Positions 39,089 to 50,620 are shown, counted from the stretch's first letter. The stretch: 64,000 nucleotides of DNA from Nitrosopumilus sp. (GCA_965218785.1 OZ244650.1:1927090-1991089); one strand, 5' to 3'. Numbers and translations: made by a program. The notes: a model not told the origin generated them from the sequence alone.

Positions 39089-39758
39089 TTAGTTCCTCGT
39101 TGATTTGACTAGTGCCAACACTGCAATGGAAATTCCAATAAATCCAACTCCAATCCCCGCATATCCAATGTCTGCCTGTCGAGTTTTCTGTTCCAGACTG
39201 TTGACTGATTCCTTCAAATCATGAATGTCCCCAATCAGTGCTGTATGCCCGTCAATTATTTGGGTCAATGTAAGATCTGAGGGTTCTGGAAATTCAATAT
39301 AACTGCGTTCGGCAACGGGGGGAGGATGCATGGATAAACTAATGGGATATCTGCTATTGTTCCCAGCATGTTTGCCTGATAGTATCCTGCAACTGTCGGA
39401 TTAACAAAGGCGTAATATTTTCCAGAAACATCATGATCAGGGGAAAGTGGAAGTTTGATGCTTTCATTCTTGTAGAGCAGCTGCATTTTAACGGTTTTTT
39501 TCAGTCCTTTAATTCCATTTTGAAATTCCTGGGATTCCGCACATTTGATTGCCTCTGAAATCTCAGGACACGGAATCAGCGGGCTGACGTAGAACTCGAT
39601 CGCATTTGTTTCTCCAGAAACGACCGGTTCGTTCATCCAGCCAATTTCCACCCTGTAACTGCCTACGGCATCAACTGTGTGTCCGTGTGCAGTTGTAACA
39701 ACAACAAGACCGGAGAGCAGCAAAAAAACAGCAGTAGTAGCAGGAATCTTGGTTTCAA
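39089..39758 (-). pseudogene. Secreted/membrane-anchored hypothetical protein broken by two single-base homopolymer frameshifts
   Basis: Signal peptide from TTG 39758 shifts at the T7 run (39722-39728) into AHGHTVD..GWMNEPVVSGETNA. A second shift near 39343-39346 joins to MHPPPV...TM tail (39089..39331). Confidence 0.75.
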
Positions 39759-39823
39759 TACTGAAAAATCCAGAAATGATTTTAAAAATGTTCTACCTGA
39801 TCCCAGGTTTGATGATCTACAAA

Positions 39824-41269
39824 TTAGGCATCGGCATACATTGAAACTTCCCATGCCGTGGGAGTCTGTGCAAACGCCGTATATTCCTTGTATTTTAATT
39901 CAGAGTATTTACCAAGAAAGTCCTTTGTAAAGACGCCTTCCAGGAATTTTGAATCACTTGACAGGGAGTCAAGTGCCCCCTTTAGAGAGATCGGCAGCGA
40001 CCCGATGTTGAGTTCGCGTTTTTTTTCTGCAGAAAGTTTGTACACGTTCTCCTCTATGGGATCCCCGGGATCTGTTTTGTTTTTTATCCCGTCCAGACCG
40101 GCCAGCAGCAGCGCCGCCTCTAGCAGATAGATGTTGGCAGTTGGATCAGGTACGCGGTATTCAAGTCTCTTGTTCTTTTCCTGGTTGCGGTTATACATTG
40201 GAACCCTGATTGCCGTGGATCTGTTCCCCAATCCCCAACAAACGTTGACGGGTGCCTCAAATCCGGGAACAAGACGCTTGTAGGAATTTGTTGTGGGGTT
40301 TGAGATTGCACACAGGGCCGATGCATGGCTCAGGATTCCTCCGATGTAGTATCTTCCGATTTGACTCATCTGCGCTACTTTGTCGTCCGGGTCATACATT
40401 ACATTTGAATCATTATTCCATATGCTTTGATGTGTGTGCATCGCAGATGCATTATCACCAAAAATGGGTTTTGGCATAAAGGTGGCGACCTTGTTTTTTC
40501 GTTTAGCTTTTACCTTTATCAGGTTTTTAACTGCAATTACGTTGTCTGCCATCAAAATCATCTCGTCATAAACCAGGTTAATTTCACACTGCCCCGAGGT
40601 TGCAACCTCGTGATGCTCTGCCTCAATCTTTATTCCAAAATATTTATACAAATCATCACACACGTCCTTTCTAAATCCCTCAAGCGTGTCTTTGGGTTGC
40701 GATGGGTAGTACCCTTCCTTGATGTCTATTGCAGTACTTATGTTTCCCTTGGCCCACGGTGATTCCTTGGATTCGATAGAATAGCCAGAGCCGCCATAGG
40801 AATGGGTTGCAGCATATGGCGAGGGATAGACATTGATTGCGTCAAATACAAAAAATTCTATTTCCGGTCCCCAGTTGGTATGGGTATATCCGAACTCCGA
40901 GAGTCGTTCAGATGCCTTGTGTGCGATTCCCCTCGAGTCCCGGTTATATCTTGATTCCTTATCTGTGCTTCCATCGTATAAATCACAGAACATTCTTGCA
41001 TTTTGTCTATTGCCAGGATCATAGTCGTTTGGTAAAATTTTAAACGAGCTTGGATCGGGCATTAAAATCATATCAGAGTTGTTTACCGATTTGAATCCGA
41101 TAATCGAGCTGGCATCGAGTTTTTCAAGGCCGTTTACAAAACTGTTTTTATCAATCGCATAGCTTGGCATTCCAACGTTGTGAAGTTCGCCAAAAATATC
41201 TACAAACCAAAAGTCGATAAATGAGATATTTTCATCTTGTATGGTCTGTAAGACCTGATCCGGATTCAA
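39824..41269 (-). CDS. glnA: Glutamine synthetase type I
   Basis: LDASSIIGF, GPEIEFF, HHEVATSGQCEI, TFMPKP, NSYKRLVPGFEAP, RLEYRVPDP. Confidence 0.95.
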   Translation of the reverse strand: MNPDQVLQTIQDENISFIDFWFVDIFGELHNVGMPSYAIDKNSFVNGLEKLDASSIIGFKSVNNSDMILMPDPSSFKILPNDYDPGNRQNARMFCDLYDGSTDKESRYNRDSRGIAHKASERLSEFGYTHTNWGPEIEFFVFDAINVYPSPYAATHSYGGSGYSIESKESPWAKGNISTAIDIKEGYYPSQPKDTLEGFRKDVCDDLYKYFGIKIEAEHHEVATSGQCEINLVYDEMILMADNVIAVKNLIKVKAKRKNKVATFMPKPIFGDNASAMHTHQSIWNNDSNVMYDPDDKVAQMSQIGRYYIGGILSHASALCAISNPTTNSYKRLVPGFEAPVNVCWGLGNRSTAIRVPMYNRNQEKNKRLEYRVPDPTANIYLLEAALLLAGLDGIKNKTDPGDPIEENVYKLSAEKKRELNIGSLPISLKGALDSLSSDSKFLEGVFTKDFLGKYSELKYKEYTAFAQTPTAWEVSMYADA

Positions 41270-41340
41270 CTGATACTTTTAATGAATCTGTTTACAAATA
41301 TCATCTAGTAAGATAGATTTGTCAAGATGGTCATTAAAGT

Positions 41341-42702
41341 CTAGGATTTGGAATTCTCGGATGTTTTGGCAGCCTTGATAGTCTCTAGTTCGTCCTCAAA
41401 GAAGAATTTTTCAGAAAATGCAGGCTTTAGATCATCTAGCCATATCGCGTTTTCATCATATTTGGCAAAGAACGGCTCGTGAACCCATCGGGGGTTTCTG
41501 CCCTGTAAAAATCGCAGGATTATCACCTTTTGGGCATTAACAGTTGAGGTTCCAACGACTTGTACCTTGCCAGGAGTTGCAGACATGCTAGGCCCGCGGA
41601 CGGTTCTTGCCAGCCCGCTGACAGAGGAGTAGGCACTGCTGAAAATCTCATATGCCTTTACCAGGGGAATTCCAAAGTAGTGCTGTGCCCCCGTGTCCCT
41701 TACTACAAACATGTAGTAGGGAATACATCCAAGCTGGACTTGTCTGGTCCACATTTCTGCCCACATTTGTGCATCGTCATTAATGTGTGCGAGAAGCGGG
41801 GACTGGGTCCTGATCTGGGCGCCGGTCTCTCTGACCACGCTGATTGCCGACTTTGCAGCATCAGTTGACAGTTCATTAAGATGATTAAAGTGGCCCATAA
41901 ATGCCAGATGTATGCCGCTATCGGTAATTTTTCTAAAAACATCGAGCATCTCTTGTGAATCAGAATCTGTCAGAAACTTGTAGGGCCAGTAAGAGAGGGC
42001 CTTTGTTCCGATTCTAATTGTCTTAAGATTTGGGAGCCCGGATTCAACGAGGGCATCAACGTATTTTGAGAATATTTTTGCCTTCATAATCATCGGATCA
42101 CCGCCGGTAAACAGCACATCACTGATTTCCGGATGTTCTGAAACATACTGTACCAGTTGTTCCCCCTCCCGCATGGCAAATTTCATTTCATCCATTCCAA
42201 CAAATTGCGGCCATCTAAAACAAAAGCTGCAGTACGCATGACATGTCTGACTCTGACTGGGGAAAAAGAGACATGTTTCATTGTATTTGTGCTGCATGCC
42301 ATACAGCTTGGTTCCATCCTTTAACATTGGAACGTTTAGTTCCATCTGTCCTGCCGGATGCGGGTTTAGCTGCAGGCGGATTTCATTTGCAATGGATGCT
42401 ATCTCTTTTTTATCAGAGTTGTTTTTCAAGGCGGTCTCCATTTTGCCGTAGTGTTCGGGTTTTAACATTCTTTTTTGTGGAAATGTCAGAACATACATTG
42501 GATCATTGGGGATGTTGTTCCAGTCAATTAACTGTTCAACAACATAGTTGTTTGCCTTGAAGGGCAGGACGTTTCCCACAACCTCCATCTCAAACCGTGT
42601 CTCCTCAGAAAGATTCTGGATTTGTGGTAACTGGCGAAAATTTGATAACGTATATGATTTTAATGATGGTGAGTCATGCCACACCGATTCCTGACTGGTC
42701 AT
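41341..42702 (-). CDS. KamA-family radical SAM protein (lysine 2,3-aminomutase-like)
   Basis: QHKY, CHAYCSFCFR, LFTGGDPM, IRIGTK, HFNH, PYYMF. Confidence 0.9.
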   Translation of the reverse strand: MTSQESVWHDSPSLKSYTLSNFRQLPQIQNLSEETRFEMEVVGNVLPFKANNYVVEQLIDWNNIPNDPMYVLTFPQKRMLKPEHYGKMETALKNNSDKKEIASIANEIRLQLNPHPAGQMELNVPMLKDGTKLYGMQHKYNETCLFFPSQSQTCHAYCSFCFRWPQFVGMDEMKFAMREGEQLVQYVSEHPEISDVLFTGGDPMIMKAKIFSKYVDALVESGLPNLKTIRIGTKALSYWPYKFLTDSDSQEMLDVFRKITDSGIHLAFMGHFNHLNELSTDAAKSAISVVRETGAQIRTQSPLLAHINDDAQMWAEMWTRQVQLGCIPYYMFVVRDTGAQHYFGIPLVKAYEIFSSAYSSVSGLARTVRGPSMSATPGKVQVVGTSTVNAQKVIILRFLQGRNPRWVHEPFFAKYDENAIWLDDLKPAFSEKFFFEDELETIKAAKTSENSKS

Positions 42703-42830
42703 TTAATAGGTATCATGCCAACCCTTGTTAAATGTTGCAGGCTCGTTACGCACAATATTTTTTGAATTTGATGATAAAAAGGATAATTCTTTATTCTAGG
42801 ACATGAATTTGATTAGAATGGTGGTTAAAA

Positions 42831-44570
42831 ATGGCTGAAGATGATTTGACACAGATTTCTGCAGGGGAGTTTGAAACCGTTTCGCAGCTTTTAGGATCAT
42901 CTGAATCACTTCAAATCGCGTTTTCCGTTATGATCGTGGGTGTAATTGGAATAGCCATCGGATATAGAAAATTTTCCTCCTGGGTGGGTTCACAAAAGTT
43001 TTATTATCAAAAACCGCATTTTTCAAGATTTCTGCGAAGGGCAATCCTTCCGTTTTTTGCAATTGCGCTGATTACTGCAATCAACATCTACGTGCAGACT
43101 GGCGTGTTGCTAGAAGATGTGCCGATAATTGACGGTAAATCCGCATCACCCCAGGAAACGTTTGCCAAGATTCTCAACACGTTTAATATTCTGGTAATCG
43201 GCTATACTGTCTCACATCTTGTTCCAATCGCCCTCACCAAACGTGAAAAGTCTTCGCTGGAGAGAGAAGACTTTGATGCATGGTTTGAGATGAGGGGGTT
43301 TGTCGACGATCAGGATGATCTGTTTCACAAGTTGTACAAGTGGGTTCCACCAAAGATCATCCCCGAGGACATTGAAAAAGAAAAATTCGAGGAGATGCTC
43401 AAGACCGAGGAGGGAAGGCACAGACTTGAGCAGTTCCGTACGATAAAGGGAAATCCGATTGGCGGACATGAAAAATTAGTTGATGATCCGTTTGAAGAAT
43501 GGAAACAATCAGAGCGTACAAAATACAAGAAATACTTTGAAAACTGTATCAAGGGCAACAACCAGTCCGGGAGAAAGTTAAAACCGGGTGTAAAGCCAGA
43601 TGAGATATTTCCAATTGATGTGTGGAGACAGGAAAAAAGAATACACGGATACGAGCCGTTAATTCCAAGTTCCCGTCCCCCGGGATATGCAAGAAAGAAA
43701 AGCGAGGGAATTCCAAAATCCGCAAAACAGATTCTTCCAATAGGAATCTTTATTGTGACAGTTCTGGGCGTTGTTGCATGGTGGGGGGTGGACCTGATCG
43801 TACTTGCAACAGCTACGGGAGGAATGGCAATCGGGCTGGGTCTGGCATTGCAGGAGACCATGCAGAATTATTTTGCATACATCTTGATTCGAAAGGACAA
43901 AATATTTGTGGAAGGTGAGCGCATAAAACTTGATACGGGATATAACGGCTATGTACACAAAATTACGCCCAGGGTGACTTACATCAGGGATGCATTAAAC
44001 GAGTCAATGGCGATAATTCCAACAAGGCAGTTAGTCAATGCCCAGGTGATCAACTATACGCAGGGGGTAAAAATGGTACCAGCCATTGTAAATGTGGGTG
44101 TCTCCTATCTTAATGATCCCAAACAGGTTTCGGCGATTCTTGTAAAGATTGGAAAACGTGCAATGAAGGAGATAGTTGACAGCAAGGGCAGACACCTTAT
44201 CAGACAGACACGGTGTCCATATCTGGAGGGAAACCAGTCTAGTTGTGGCTGTGACAAGGACATTCACGTGGATATCAACCAGCCAGTCGTGAGATTCAAC
44301 GAGTTTAATGATTCATCACTGGATTTCTCATTATGGGTTTACGTCAGGGATTACGGTGCGCAGTTTAAGACCAAGACGGACATTAGGGTAATCATGTATG
44401 ATGAGTTCAAGAGGTATGATATCAGGATACCATGGCCAATTAGGACAGTATACCAGGGAGATGAAAAGCGCGAACAGGAGGAGATAGACAAGCTGCACCA
44501 GCAAAGAGACGGTGTTATTGACAAATACGGCATAGGGGATCTTGGTCGTGGCAGCGGCGAAGACGAATGA
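42831..44570 (+). CDS. Small-conductance mechanosensitive channel (MscS family) with large soluble insertion
   Basis: GLALQETMQNYFA, GERI, IIPTRQL, VGVSY, FNDSSLDF, IRIPWP. Confidence 0.88.
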   Translation: MAEDDLTQISAGEFETVSQLLGSSESLQIAFSVMIVGVIGIAIGYRKFSSWVGSQKFYYQKPHFSRFLRRAILPFFAIALITAINIYVQTGVLLEDVPIIDGKSASPQETFAKILNTFNILVIGYTVSHLVPIALTKREKSSLEREDFDAWFEMRGFVDDQDDLFHKLYKWVPPKIIPEDIEKEKFEEMLKTEEGRHRLEQFRTIKGNPIGGHEKLVDDPFEEWKQSERTKYKKYFENCIKGNNQSGRKLKPGVKPDEIFPIDVWRQEKRIHGYEPLIPSSRPPGYARKKSEGIPKSAKQILPIGIFIVTVLGVVAWWGVDLIVLATATGGMAIGLGLALQETMQNYFAYILIRKDKIFVEGERIKLDTGYNGYVHKITPRVTYIRDALNESMAIIPTRQLVNAQVINYTQGVKMVPAIVNVGVSYLNDPKQVSAILVKIGKRAMKEIVDSKGRHLIRQTRCPYLEGNQSSCGCDKDIHVDINQPVVRFNEFNDSSLDFSLWVYVRDYGAQFKTKTDIRVIMYDEFKRYDIRIPWPIRTVYQGDEKREQEEIDKLHQQRDGVIDKYGIGDLGRGSGEDE

Positions 44571-44612
44571 TCTTCTCAAAACTTAAGAATCCCATTAAAT
44601 CACATTTTCTTA

Positions 44613-45494
44613 TTGATTAAACCATCAGTAATTGCCGGAAAATCCTCAGAAGACCTGGCAAAAAGGTTGTCTAGAAAGATAGGGGCAAATCTCGTAAAAA
44701 CACGGGTCAGGACTTTTGCCGACGGTGAGAGCAAGATTACGCTTTGTGGGGGGAACCTCTCCAAAAGTAAGACCGTTGTGGTACAGTCAATTTATCCCCC
44801 GGTGGATACCAACCTGGTTCAGGCATTATCACTGATTTCAAAAGCCAGTGAAAAATCATCCAAGGTGGTCGCCGTGATTCCATACATGGGATATGCAAGG
44901 CAGGATCGGGAGTTTCTACCAGGGGAAGTTGTCACCATGAGGGTTCTTGCCGATCTGTTCAAGGGTGCCGGCGCATCCAGAATTATCGCAGTTGACATAC
45001 ACAGCATGACCGGTCTGAAACATTTTTCCATAAAGACAAAAAACGTGACTGCAATTCCAGACCTGGCAAGATATTTCAGAAAGCAAGGTCTCAAGAATCC
45101 GCTGGTGGTTTCGCCTGATCAAGGCGGAAGAGACAGGGCCAAAGAGTTTGCAAAAGAGCTTGGATCAGAGTACATTGCCCTGGAGAAAAAAAGGGATAAA
45201 AAGACCGGAAGGGTGCAGATTAAAACAAAAAACGCAGTCCAGGTTTCCGGAAGGGATCTGATTCTAGTTGATGACATGATAAGTACGGGCGGGAGCATAA
45301 TCAAGGCCACGCAGTTTCTTAAAAAACAGAAATGCAAAAAGGTGTACGTTGCATGTACGCATGCCCTTTTAATGGATAATGCCAAAGCCAAGATAAGAAA
45401 GGCCGGAGTAACAAAGATTGTCAGCACAAATACAATACCGGGCAGTACATCAGTTGTGGACGTATCTGATACGATTGCAAGGGCAATGGTATAA
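44613..45494 (+). CDS. prs: Ribose-phosphate pyrophosphokinase
   Basis: FADGE, PYMGYARQD, VSPDQGG, LVDDMISTGGS. Confidence 0.95.
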   Translation: MIKPSVIAGKSSEDLAKRLSRKIGANLVKTRVRTFADGESKITLCGGNLSKSKTVVVQSIYPPVDTNLVQALSLISKASEKSSKVVAVIPYMGYARQDREFLPGEVVTMRVLADLFKGAGASRIIAVDIHSMTGLKHFSIKTKNVTAIPDLARYFRKQGLKNPLVVSPDQGGRDRAKEFAKELGSEYIALEKKRDKKTGRVQIKTKNAVQVSGRDLILVDDMISTGGSIIKATQFLKKQKCKKVYVACTHALLMDNAKAKIRKAGVTKIVSTNTIPGSTSVVDVSDTIARAMV

Positions 45495-46444
45495 TGCCGG
45501 AAAGTTTTTTCATTTTATCCAAGGACTATCTAGAGTTGGGAAGCAACGAGCTGGTCTCTCTGGCAAAAATGTATGATAAATTCGCCAAAATCAGGATAAT
45601 TTCCAATTTAATAATCATTTCATCAAAGACTGACTGGAAGAAGATTGCCAGACGCGCGTCATTTGTCAAAGTCTCCGGACAGATATCAAGAAGGATGTCG
45701 GGGTTGTTTTTAGATGGTAAGAATCGCAAGATACTAAAAAATTCCATGACGTTTAGATGCAGGGCAATCAACTTGTCATCAAGACGGTTCAATATTCCAG
45801 AACTGGAGAGTTCCATGGGAGATATGATATCAAAGTTCTCCCGTGCAAGGGTAAAATTAGATGATCCCGATATCACGGTATATCTGATTTTTGCCGGCGG
45901 GGGCGAGGGTTTCTTTGGATTTTCAAAACGGATCAAAAAGCAGAGCAGGCCAAAGAAGATCAAAAATTACCCCCATGAACTAGATTGGAAGCTTACTAGG
46001 GCCATGATAAATCTGACTGGAGTAAGGGAGGGAGAAACAATATGTGATCCATTTTGCGGTACTGGTACAACACTTCTAGAGGCAGAGTCCATGGGTATTA
46101 ACGCGATCGGCTTGGATTTTGATGAAAAAATGTACAGAATTTCAAAGGAGAATGTCAGGACCAACGGGTACAAATCAAGGGTTCTCAAATCTGATTTCCA
46201 GGAATTATCCAGACTTGCCTGCAAGTTTGACGGGATTGTCACTGACCTGCCATATGGACGGTCATCAAAAACATCAGAGAGACCAGAAGAGATTCTGAAG
46301 AAATTTTTCGCAATCATGCCCAAACACAAGAGGGTGGCAGTTATGTACAAAAAGGGATTTGATGGAAATTTAAAGTTAAACGGATTAAAAAAGTACGAGA
46401 TCTATAGGCATAAAAGCTTGACTAGGACAATCCTGATTAAATGA
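45494..46444 (+). CDS. THUMP/Trm11-like tRNA (guanine-N2) methyltransferase
   Basis: [28 protein letters not shown]. Confidence 0.8.
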   Translation: MPESFFILSKDYLELGSNELVSLAKMYDKFAKIRIISNLIIISSKTDWKKIARRASFVKVSGQISRRMSGLFLDGKNRKILKNSMTFRCRAINLSSRRFNIPELESSMGDMISKFSRARVKLDDPDITVYLIFAGGGEGFFGFSKRIKKQSRPKKIKNYPHELDWKLTRAMINLTGVREGETICDPFCGTGTTLLEAESMGINAIGLDFDEKMYRISKENVRTNGYKSRVLKSDFQELSRLACKFDGIVTDLPYGRSSKTSERPEEILKKFFAIMPKHKRVAVMYKKGFDGNLKLNGLKKYEIYRHKSLTRTILIK

Positions 46445-47340
46445 AACTGGTATTTCTTGGAACATCAGCGGCGCAGCCAACTGAGAACAGGGGACTCTCA
46501 TGTCTGTGTCTGGAAAGGGAGGGGGAGATTTTCATGTTTGATGCAGGTGAGGCAGCACAGATCTCCTATATGAAATCAGGCCTGGGTTGGAACAAAAAAA
46601 TGAAGATCTTTGTAACTCATCTTCACGGGGATCACTGCATAGGAATTCTTGGATTGCTGCAGACAATGTCAATGCAGAAAAGAACCGAGACGCTGGAAAT
46701 TTTCGGTCCCAGTGGAATTGATGAATTCATTGCGGCAAACATCAAAATACTGGGTTTTGGATTGACGTTTTCTATCCTGATTAACATCACAAAAGAGGGA
46801 AAAATATTTGATAATGACAAATTTTCAGTGCATGCGTGCAGGTCCAATCATTCAGTTACATCATTTTCATATAGATTCGAGGAAAAGGACAAGCCCGGAC
46901 GGTTCAACATTGAAAAAGCCAGGGAGCTTGGCATACCAGAGGGACAGTTGTGGAGTAAGCTGCAGGGCGGGATGGAAGTTATAATTGATGCAAGGACGAT
47001 AAAACCAGAACAGGTGTTGGGGGAAAAACGTTCTGGTAAAAAAATAGGAATTTCAGGGGACACCATACCCACAAAAGAGTTGGAGGAGTTTTTTAGTGGA
47101 TGTGATTTTCTTGTATTTGATTCGACGTTTCTTGACGAGCATAGACAAAAAGCACAGGATACGTTTCATTCCACTGCAAAACAGGCCGCAGTCTTGGGGA
47201 AAAACGCAGACGTAAAAAATCTGATTTTGACACATTTTTCGGCCAGATACAAAGATGAGGTTGAACATTTGAGGGAGGCGCAGCAGATTCACGACTCGGT
47301 TATAACTGCAAAAGATCTGCTGGAAGTAGAGATTAAATAA
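46441..47340 (+). CDS. rnz: Ribonuclease Z
   Basis: FLGTSAA.P, DAGE, THLHGDH, exosite GIPEG, SGDT, THFSARY. Confidence 0.95.
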   Translation: MKLVFLGTSAAQPTENRGLSCLCLEREGEIFMFDAGEAAQISYMKSGLGWNKKMKIFVTHLHGDHCIGILGLLQTMSMQKRTETLEIFGPSGIDEFIAANIKILGFGLTFSILINITKEGKIFDNDKFSVHACRSNHSVTSFSYRFEEKDKPGRFNIEKARELGIPEGQLWSKLQGGMEVIIDARTIKPEQVLGEKRSGKKIGISGDTIPTKELEEFFSGCDFLVFDSTFLDEHRQKAQDTFHSTAKQAAVLGKNADVKNLILTHFSARYKDEVEHLREAQQIHDSVITAKDLLEVEIK

Positions 47341-47341
47341 A

Positions 47342-48073
47342 ATGTTCGAGTCAATCAGTGATCAAATCAAAGATTACAAAAAGATTGTTTTTGTAACAGG
47401 GGCCGGAATTTCACAAGAAAGTGGAATTCCCACATTTAGAGGAAATGGGGGATTGTGGAGGAATTATGATGCGATGAGGCTTGCCACTATTGGTGCATTT
47501 AACGAGGATCCCAAACTGGTGTGGGAGTGGTACAATGACAGACGGAAAAACATTTTTCAGGCAAAGGCAAATTTGGGTCATAAAGCAATTGCTGAACTTG
47601 AAAAATATGCCGAGGTGGTGGTTCTAACACAAAATATTGACGGGCTTCACCAGCAGGCAGGCAGTTCAGAGGTGCTGGAGCTGCATGGAAGTATGGTGAA
47701 GATCAAATGTACGGTATGTGATTTTAGAGACGAGGTTGCAACAGAGTTTTCTGAGACTCCGCCGCTGTGCAAATGTGGGAACATACTCAGACCAGACGTG
47801 GTATGGTTCGGGGAGGCCCTGCCGCAGGACGTATGGAAAAAAGCCATAGTTTATGCGGGTCGGTGTGATTTGATGGTAGTTGCCGGCACGTCCCTTATCG
47901 TGTCACCTGCAAATACGCTGCCGACTTGTGCAAAGAAAAATAACGCAGTCATGATTGAAGTAAATCCAAGCAGCACGACGATGTCATCTCAGATGGATTT
48001 GGTCATAAGAAACACCAGTGCGACAGCACTGCCTGAATTTACTGCAATGTTTAGAAAAAATAGTCATGATTGA
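47342..48073 (+). CDS. cobB: NAD-dependent protein deacylase (sirtuin)
   Basis: GAGISQESGIPTFRG, TQNIDGLH, ELHG, RPDVVWFGE, GTS. Confidence 0.93.
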   Translation: MFESISDQIKDYKKIVFVTGAGISQESGIPTFRGNGGLWRNYDAMRLATIGAFNEDPKLVWEWYNDRRKNIFQAKANLGHKAIAELEKYAEVVVLTQNIDGLHQQAGSSEVLELHGSMVKIKCTVCDFRDEVATEFSETPPLCKCGNILRPDVVWFGEALPQDVWKKAIVYAGRCDLMVVAGTSLIVSPANTLPTCAKKNNAVMIEVNPSSTTMSSQMDLVIRNTSATALPEFTAMFRKNSHD

Positions 48074-48219
48074 TGATAGGCTGTGCGGTCAATGGCAGTT
48101 AATTCCCAAGGAACTAACTAAATGGTTTGAGGTATCACAGGCTGTTTACTGACTTTGCTGCAGATAATGTGATAATCTCAACAGGTATTGTTTAAATATT
48201 ATTTTGTAATTATTTTACC

Positions 48220-48462
48220 ATGCAGCCAAAACACTGGAGGATAATATCTTTTACATTAATTGGTATTGGCGTATATCAAGTAGCACACACACTTTTAAAT
48301 TTTTATGAAATATTCATGACAGTGCAATTGTTTGCATTTGGTTTTTGGAATGCTGTATACGGAATTACATTCAATGTGTTGTATGCTTCTCTTGTATTTT
48401 TTATTGCGGGATACCTTTGTTTTAGAAGATCCAGACCCAAGAAATTATCTCAAACCAACTAA
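48220..48462 (+). CDS. Small hypothetical membrane protein
   Basis: 80 aa, two TM helices. Confidence 0.5.
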   Translation: MQPKHWRIISFTLIGIGVYQVAHTLLNFYEIFMTVQLFAFGFWNAVYGITFNVLYASLVFFIAGYLCFRRSRPKKLSQTN

Positions 48463-48642
48463 TTGTAAAGATTACATGGGTTTGATAAATAAATAAATTT
48501 GATTCGGTGGTTTTGTATTTTGATGATCAGACCGCCATTTTGCAGCAGAACCATCACGGATATTTAATTCGAAGAGTATTCCTACTAAACGATCTTGTTA
48601 GAACGTTTTGGGAGCTGGCATTTCCATCTAATGTTTCATATA

Positions 48643-48954
48643 CTATAACGGCACTGCCTTGTCCCAGCTGGCCCTCATCTTTTTATTGTCTTTGGAAAAT
48701 ATCCACGTCCAAGAGCCGTCATCATTATCAATTACCATGCCCAGTGATTGTAGATATTTCAGAATTACATCCAACACTTGAATTTTCATGCTTCCTCCCA
48801 ATGCTCTGATCAACTGTGTTCTCGAATCAAATTCACCGTTTTCCAAAAACAGTTTTTCTACCTTTAAAATGCTCTTTAGTGTAGGATTGTGAATCTTTAG
48901 ATCTTGGGCCAATTCTTTGTTGTCTGGTTTATGATTCGGTGTTGGCATGACCAC
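48643..48954 (-). CDS. Small winged-helix-like protein
   Basis: PTLKSILKVE...SRTQL..AL...ILKYL...G....D.DG.WTWIF. Confidence 0.65.
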   Translation of the reverse strand: MVMPTPNHKPDNKELAQDLKIHNPTLKSILKVEKLFLENGEFDSRTQLIRALGGSMKIQVLDVILKYLQSLGMVIDNDDGSWTWIFSKDNKKMRASWDKAVPL

Positions 48955-49124
48955 ATTAGAAAAGTTAATCTTTATAGTTGTTTTTCTGAGTTTTGCCTTT
49001 TGTTAAGGCGCATTTTCGGATCTCTTTTTTGGAAGACTTGGTACTGATACCTGTATCAGTAGGTCAAGCTCCGCTACTAAATCAAGAACCCATAATACAG
49101 ATATATCAAATTGTGTTGATATAT

Positions 49125-49667
49125 TTGGTGTCACACAAAATCAAATTATTTCATATTGATGATGAATCACTAAAACAGCTCGGCGAGTTATTAAGCAACC
49201 AAACAAGCAGAACAATAATCAAGGCACTAATAGAAAAGGAATATTACACAAATAAACTCTCAGAGAAGCTAAACATTCCAACAAGTCTAGTTATTCATCA
49301 CCTCAAAAAACTAGAGGCGTTAAATATCGTAGATATAAAACAAAAACAGATTGTAAAAAAAGGAGTTGATCGTAGATTTTTCAGGATACGTTCGGATATT
49401 TTCATAAAATCTACAAAAGAAAATAAAAAAGATGCGGGAGGAATTAAAAATATTTTCAAGGACGGTGCAAAGTTTTGCGCAATAGGGATAGCGGCCATAT
49501 GTTCTTATTTTATGGTCAACTATTATCAAAGCACGGTTGAAACGTGGTACTCAGCTGAAGGCAGTACCGGTATAGAATATAATTATTCAATCATAATTGC
49601 ACTAGTTGTAATAATAACGGGATTGATTGCAGAAAGACTTTATTTTAGAAAAATAAAAAACGGTTAG
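49125..49667 (+). CDS. ArsR-type HTH regulator with two C-terminal TM helices
   Basis: LGELLSNQTSRTII...LSEKL...SLVIHHLKKL; hydrophobic C-terminus; ORF track starts at 48993. Confidence 0.8.
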   Translation: MVSHKIKLFHIDDESLKQLGELLSNQTSRTIIKALIEKEYYTNKLSEKLNIPTSLVIHHLKKLEALNIVDIKQKQIVKKGVDRRFFRIRSDIFIKSTKENKKDAGGIKNIFKDGAKFCAIGIAAICSYFMVNYYQSTVETWYSAEGSTGIEYNYSIIIALVVIITGLIAERLYFRKIKNG

Positions 49668-50267
49668 GATCCCCGACTGCCTTCCACCGGATCACAGCTG
49701 GAAGATGTCTGGACATTCTCAACTCATCCAAATTCCACCGGGGTGCAGTACTACTTTGATGTGATTAGGTACCACACTTTGGATAAAGGCAGCATATGTC
49801 TCCATATTTTCAGGTGTTACATAACCAGACTCTATTCCTATCAGGATGGCATCTACTGCGGAGCTATATCCTATTGTGGTATATGGCACAATACGTCTGT
49901 CTCCATGCGCTATATCTTCATCAAATAGCTTGTCTGCTAGTTTTGTTGCCTCACTACGGTATTCTTCGCGCTTTGCTTCACTGATTGCAGGCAATTCAGA
50001 TAATGCGTCTTGCTTTACTTTTTGCATTTTTTGAAGGATTTCATCTTTTTGAGATATACTGGAGGATTTTTCAAGCTGCTCGTCTAGTTTCACAAGTTCT
50101 GCTAATGCATCATCCATTACCTTATTTTCGACTCTTTCTGTCTTTATGATGACATTTCCAGTGTTATCTGCATCATCTGCCGTTACAAAGTTGAAACTAG
50201 CAAGGGGAATTATCATTGCAACAGTCAAAGATGCAAATAACGCCACTTTGATGCTGTTTTTTGTCAT
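49665..50267 (-). pseudogene. Truncated secreted protein (signal peptide plus pro-region), possibly a remnant of a surface protease gene
   Basis: MTKNSIKVALFASLTVAMIIP signal; stop at 49719, then the degenerate continuation ECPDIF / SCDPVEG. Confidence 0.5.
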
Positions 50268-50620
50268 TAGATACTAGAGAACTGAGATGGTATTAAGAAA
50301 ATCTTCAATTTGGATTGATCAATTAATTATTAGTGATATGACATCCTGCAAGTAATCTGATCATAATATACCAGAACTACGTTCCGTCTATGACGTGAAC
50401 TCTTATCTGCTGTTATGGGATGAACCTCCATCAATCGCCGTTCTCAGAGGATCCATGCCTGCGATGCTGTATTTGGGATGCCGACTTTGATTATCCATGA
50501 TGCTACGAATCCAATCACCACTCCTGCAGTGAGTCTCAAACCCCATTTCAGTGATATTCCCCGATAATCTCTTTTCATTATACATATCAGGGAATAAACG
50601 AATAAAATCTTTTTGTTCTG

